From assembly GCA_947175015.1 (NCBI GenBank), contig CAMWLE010000001.1:13755-77754 (forward strand): a DNA stretch of 64,000 nt, in the 5' to 3' direction. Position numbers and translations under genes: made by a program. Below the pieces are notes generated by a model. That model worked only from the letters and a program-made list of their open reading frames with translations. It made no database searches and was not told the DNA's origin. The DNA is from an uncultured bacterium. Its GTDB lineage: Bacteria > Bacillota > Clostridia > Lachnospirales > Lachnospiraceae. Shown in pieces: positions 60,804-64,000 of this stretch (position 1 is its first letter; every line of letters begins with the position of its first letter).

Positions 60804-61115
60804 CTAATCCAAATGGAACACATTCTGCAGGTCAATGCTGACCGGGCTGTTATCAGGATTGGTCTCCATAATATCAGCCATAAAATCCCACCACTTCCGG
60901 TTGATTGCCGTGTCAGCTCCCTTCGCCCACAACTCTTCATCCTCAATTTCTATGTACCCAAACAGAGTCAATGTTTCCTTATCCAGGAAAATGGTGTAAT
61001 TCTTCCCTCCATGCTCATGAATCATATCCTGCATTTCCGGCCAGAGTTCATTATGCCTCTTCTCATACTCTGCCTCCTGCCCCGGATAAAGCTTCATTTT
61101 AAATCCCTTGATCAT
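60804..61115 (-). CDS. rhaM: L-rhamnose mutarotase
   Basis: EYEKRHNELWPE, NYTIFLD, KWWDFMADIM, VFHLD. Confidence 0.92.
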   Translation of the reverse strand: MIKGFKMKLYPGQEAEYEKRHNELWPEMQDMIHEHGGKNYTIFLDKETLTLFGYIEIEDEELWAKGADTAINRKWWDFMADIMETNPDNSPVSIDLQNVFHLD

Positions 61116-61416
61116 TTTTGCAGCCTCCTTCTAATCTTTTCCTTTTCGCTTTTTTATTTCTCGCACCATAAAAATATTATACCACTAACCTCTGAATTTG
61201 CAACTTTTTCCATACCAAAATTTAACCCCAGATATTCCCGGACATTCAACACTATTCTCAAAATGCAATTTATTTCATTTCTTTTCACTATAAAACACCA
61301 TGTGCGTTCTCTATACCAAAAAAGTTTTGTATTGTATCACTTTATATGGAATTAGAATAAAAACATTTGCAATATATACTTTTTTTGGGTATACTATTCA
61401 AAAAGGAGAACACGAC

Positions 61417-62616
61417 ATGATTACCAGACCACATTATATGGATATACTAAAGACCTACCGTGATGTACCCCTTGTAAAAATATTGGCCGGTGTTCGCCGC
61501 TGCGGTAAATCCACCATATTGGAAATGCTGCGGAATGATTTAATAGAAAGTGGTATTGCCGCTGACCATATCATCAATGTATGTTATACTTCCGAGGACT
61601 TCAGCGACGATTTAACAGATAAAAATATGTATCAAAGCATTAAAGCAAGCATGAATGACAATGAACGCTATTACCTCCTGCTTGATGAAGTACAGGAAAT
61701 CACATATTGGGAAAAAGCCATCAACAGCCTGCTTGAAAACGCAAATACAGATATCTATATCACCGGTTCAAACTCCAAATTAATGTCAAGCGAAATATCC
61801 ACTTACCTGACAGGCAGATATATTTTAATTCCCATATTTACACTGTCCTTTGCCGAGTATCTGGATTTCAAAAAAGGAAACGGCGACTCCCCCGGAAAAC
61901 TCCTCAACAGCTACATCCGGATGGGCGGTTTTCCAATTGTTGCCTTGAATCATTTTGACGAACACTCCGCATATCAGATTGTGGAAGGCATCTATAATTC
62001 GGTTATCACAAACGACATTACGAGACGACACAATATCGTGAACTTTGACCTGTTTAACCGCGTTGTAAGATATATTATTGAAAATGTGGGCAAAACCTTT
62101 TCAGCCAACGCAATCGTAAAATTTCTGAAAAATGAGGGCCGTTCCCTCTCCGTGGAAGCTGTCTATAACTATCTGGAATGGCTGGAGCAGGCTTTTGTGA
62201 TTTATCGCTGCCAACGCTTCGATTTGCAGGGCAAATCTGTATTAAAAACGCAAGAGAAATTTTATCTTGCAGACCCTTCCCTCAAGTATTGTATTTTAGG
62301 CTTTCACCCTCAGTCTATCGCCGCAATGCTGGAGAATATCGTTTATTTTGAGCTTCGCCGAAAAGGCTATCATGTCTATATCGGCAAAAATGATACTAAG
62401 GAAATTGATTTCGTCGCCATACAGCGCAATGAACGCATTTACGTTCAAGTATGTCGCAATCTGCCGGAAGAATCCGATCGTGAAGTTGCCAACCTTATGG
62501 AAATAAAGGATCATTATCCCAAATATGTGGTAACGCTGGATGAACTTGCGGCAGGCAATATCAATGGAGTTAAGATAATACATCTGACAGATTTTCTATT
62601 GAAAAAGGAATATTAA
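61417..62616 (+). CDS. AAA_14 ATPase with DUF4143 domain
   Basis: GVRRCGKS, LLDEVQ, ITGSNS, GGFP, KFYLAD, LEN.V, EIDFV, YVQV; start follows AAGGAG. Confidence 0.88.
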   Translation: MITRPHYMDILKTYRDVPLVKILAGVRRCGKSTILEMLRNDLIESGIAADHIINVCYTSEDFSDDLTDKNMYQSIKASMNDNERYYLLLDEVQEITYWEKAINSLLENANTDIYITGSNSKLMSSEISTYLTGRYILIPIFTLSFAEYLDFKKGNGDSPGKLLNSYIRMGGFPIVALNHFDEHSAYQIVEGIYNSVITNDITRRHNIVNFDLFNRVVRYIIENVGKTFSANAIVKFLKNEGRSLSVEAVYNYLEWLEQAFVIYRCQRFDLQGKSVLKTQEKFYLADPSLKYCILGFHPQSIAAMLENIVYFELRRKGYHVYIGKNDTKEIDFVAIQRNERIYVQVCRNLPEESDREVANLMEIKDHYPKYVVTLDELAAGNINGVKIIHLTDFLLKKEY

Positions 62617-62630
62617 CAACATTTTGTCTT

Positions 62631-62725
62631 CACACTTCCAGTCATGCCGCCAACGGCGGCACAAACAATTCATAACTGCCGCAATCGGGAAGAACGCTGC
62701 CCTAACGTTCTTCCTGATTATTCAT
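62631..62725. repeat. Dispersed palindromic intergenic repeat, copy 5
   Basis: CACACTTCC..ATGCCGC..GCGGCACAAACAAT..TCGGGAAGAACG..CGTTCTTCC, collinear with copy 2. Confidence 0.75.
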
Positions 62726-62775
62726 GTAGTATTACCATACACTCCTGCACTGTACCGCATTAAAAAAACTCTCCA

Positions 62776-64000
62776 TTACCGCACCCGCCCATACAGCCAT
62801 GCCATATCCCGTATCCGCCAGGCAAGCTCTTCCGTACAGGCTCCTTTCTTCATTCTCCACTTCCAATTATTCCCTAAAGTAGATGGTATGTTAATGCGGG
62901 CTTCCGATCCCAATCCCAAATAATCCTGCATGGGAATCACCGTCAGAGCCGCTACACTGGCCAAAGCCGCCCGAATCAGCTCCCAGGCCGCCTCCCGGTC
63001 ATCACATCCCTCCAAATGCAGATATCTCTTGCAGAAATCCTTGTCCTGCTGTACCAATGCACTGTACCACCCCAATGTGGTATCATTGTCATGAGTCCCT
63101 GTATATACCACACAATTGTGGGGATAATTATGAGGAAGATAGTCACTGTCTTCCCTGGAATCGAAAGCAAACTGCAGCACCTTCATTCCCGGATATCCTG
63201 TCTGTTTTACAAGCTCCAATACAGAAGGGGTCAGGAATCCCAAATCTTCCGCAATAACCCTTCTCTCTCCCAGGTTCTTCTGCATAGCCGCAAAAAGCCC
63301 ATATCCCGGTCCTGGTTCCCACGCACCGATCTGCGCCGTCTGTGCACCGGCCGGAATCGAATAATACGCATCAAAAGCCCTGAAATGGTCTATCCTGACC
63401 ACATCATACCGCTCAAAACAGGCCTCCATCCGCTTCAACCACCATTTATAACCGGTTCTCTTGTGATATGCCCAGTCATACAATGGATTCCCCCAGAGCT
63501 GCCCCGTGGCGGAAAAAGCATCCGGCGGACAACCGGCCACTGCAATGGGATTACCATTCTCATCAAACTGGAACAGCTTCGGATTTGCCCACGCATCCGT
63601 ACTGTCAAAGGCAACATAAATGGGAATATCCCCAATAATCTGAATTCCCCGTTCATTGGCATAAGTTTTCAATTTCTTCCACTGCACATGGAACATATAC
63701 TGCTGAAACTGATAAAATTCAATCTCCTGGGCAAATTTCTTCCGATACTGTCTAAGCGCTTCCGGTTTACGAAGCTTGATATCCTCATCCCACGCTATCC
63801 AGCACACACCTTCCAGCGAATCCTTGACCGCCATATACAGTGCATAATCCTTCAACCAATAGGCATTTTCCCGCACAAATGCCTGAAAATCCTCGTTCTG
63901 CGCAATCTGGCTGTTCTTCCAGGCCTCTTTTAGCACAAGAAAACGACTATGATAGATTTTCCCATAATCAATGTACTCTTCATTATCTCCGAAGTCATAA
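62776..64000 (-). CDS. malQ: 4-alpha-glucanotransferase (GH77), 5' end outside the window
   Basis: IIGDIPIYV, GQLWGNPLY, RIDHFR, AEDLG, YTGTHDN, RINIPS. Confidence 0.95.
   Translation of the reverse strand, partial: YDFGDNEEYIDYGKIYHSRFLVLKEAWKNSQIAQNEDFQAFVRENAYWLKDYALYMAVKDSLEGVCWIAWDEDIKLRKPEALRQYRKKFAQEIEFYQFQQYMFHVQWKKLKTYANERGIQIIGDIPIYVAFDSTDAWANPKLFQFDENGNPIAVAGCPPDAFSATGQLWGNPLYDWAYHKRTGYKWWLKRMEACFERYDVVRIDHFRAFDAYYSIPAGAQTAQIGAWEPGPGYGLFAAMQKNLGERRVIAEDLGFLTPSVLELVKQTGYPGMKVLQFAFDSREDSDYLPHNYPHNCVVYTGTHDNDTTLGWYSALVQQDKDFCKRYLHLEGCDDREAAWELIRAALASVAALTVIPMQDYLGLGSEARINIPSTLGNNWKWRMKKGACTEELAWRIRDMAWLYGRVR

Noticed and set aside
63016-63933. 305-aa plus-strand ORF
   Set aside because: Antisense to malQ.

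Overview
Chromosomal window from a low-GC Gram-positive anaerobe; gene content and order point to Clostridia, probably Lachnospiraceae (inference). Housekeeping genes include fba, clpX, the uvrC-hprK-glcK-murB-rapZ-whiA-HPr-like-lipid kinase run, yitJ, ldhA, rhaM and malQ. Accessory modules are interspersed. (1) A MutS2/RqcU-like ATPase without an Smr domain lies behind a ~700-nt leader that has a strong promoter, an unannotated 12-aa leader peptide and mutually exclusive RNA helices. This looks like a ribosome-controlled attenuator and is my best candidate for an undescribed system. (2) A three-gene phosphorelay: REC-HD-GYP, HK-REC-Hpt, and a hybrid kinase fused to a DegV fatty-acid-binding domain. 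(3) A complete agr-like quorum-sensing locus whose 44-aa AgrD is missing from the ORF track and predicts a Ser-lactone peptide. (4) A duplicated double-HTH regulator flanking a transposase remnant and an AT-rich HAD pseudogene. (5) A small secreted Cys/His protein paired with a large solute-binding lipoprotein. (6) At least five copies of a modular palindromic intergenic repeat with ACACTT ends. No rRNA, tRNA or CRISPR array was seen. All calls come from motif recognition by eye; no database search or folding computation was run.
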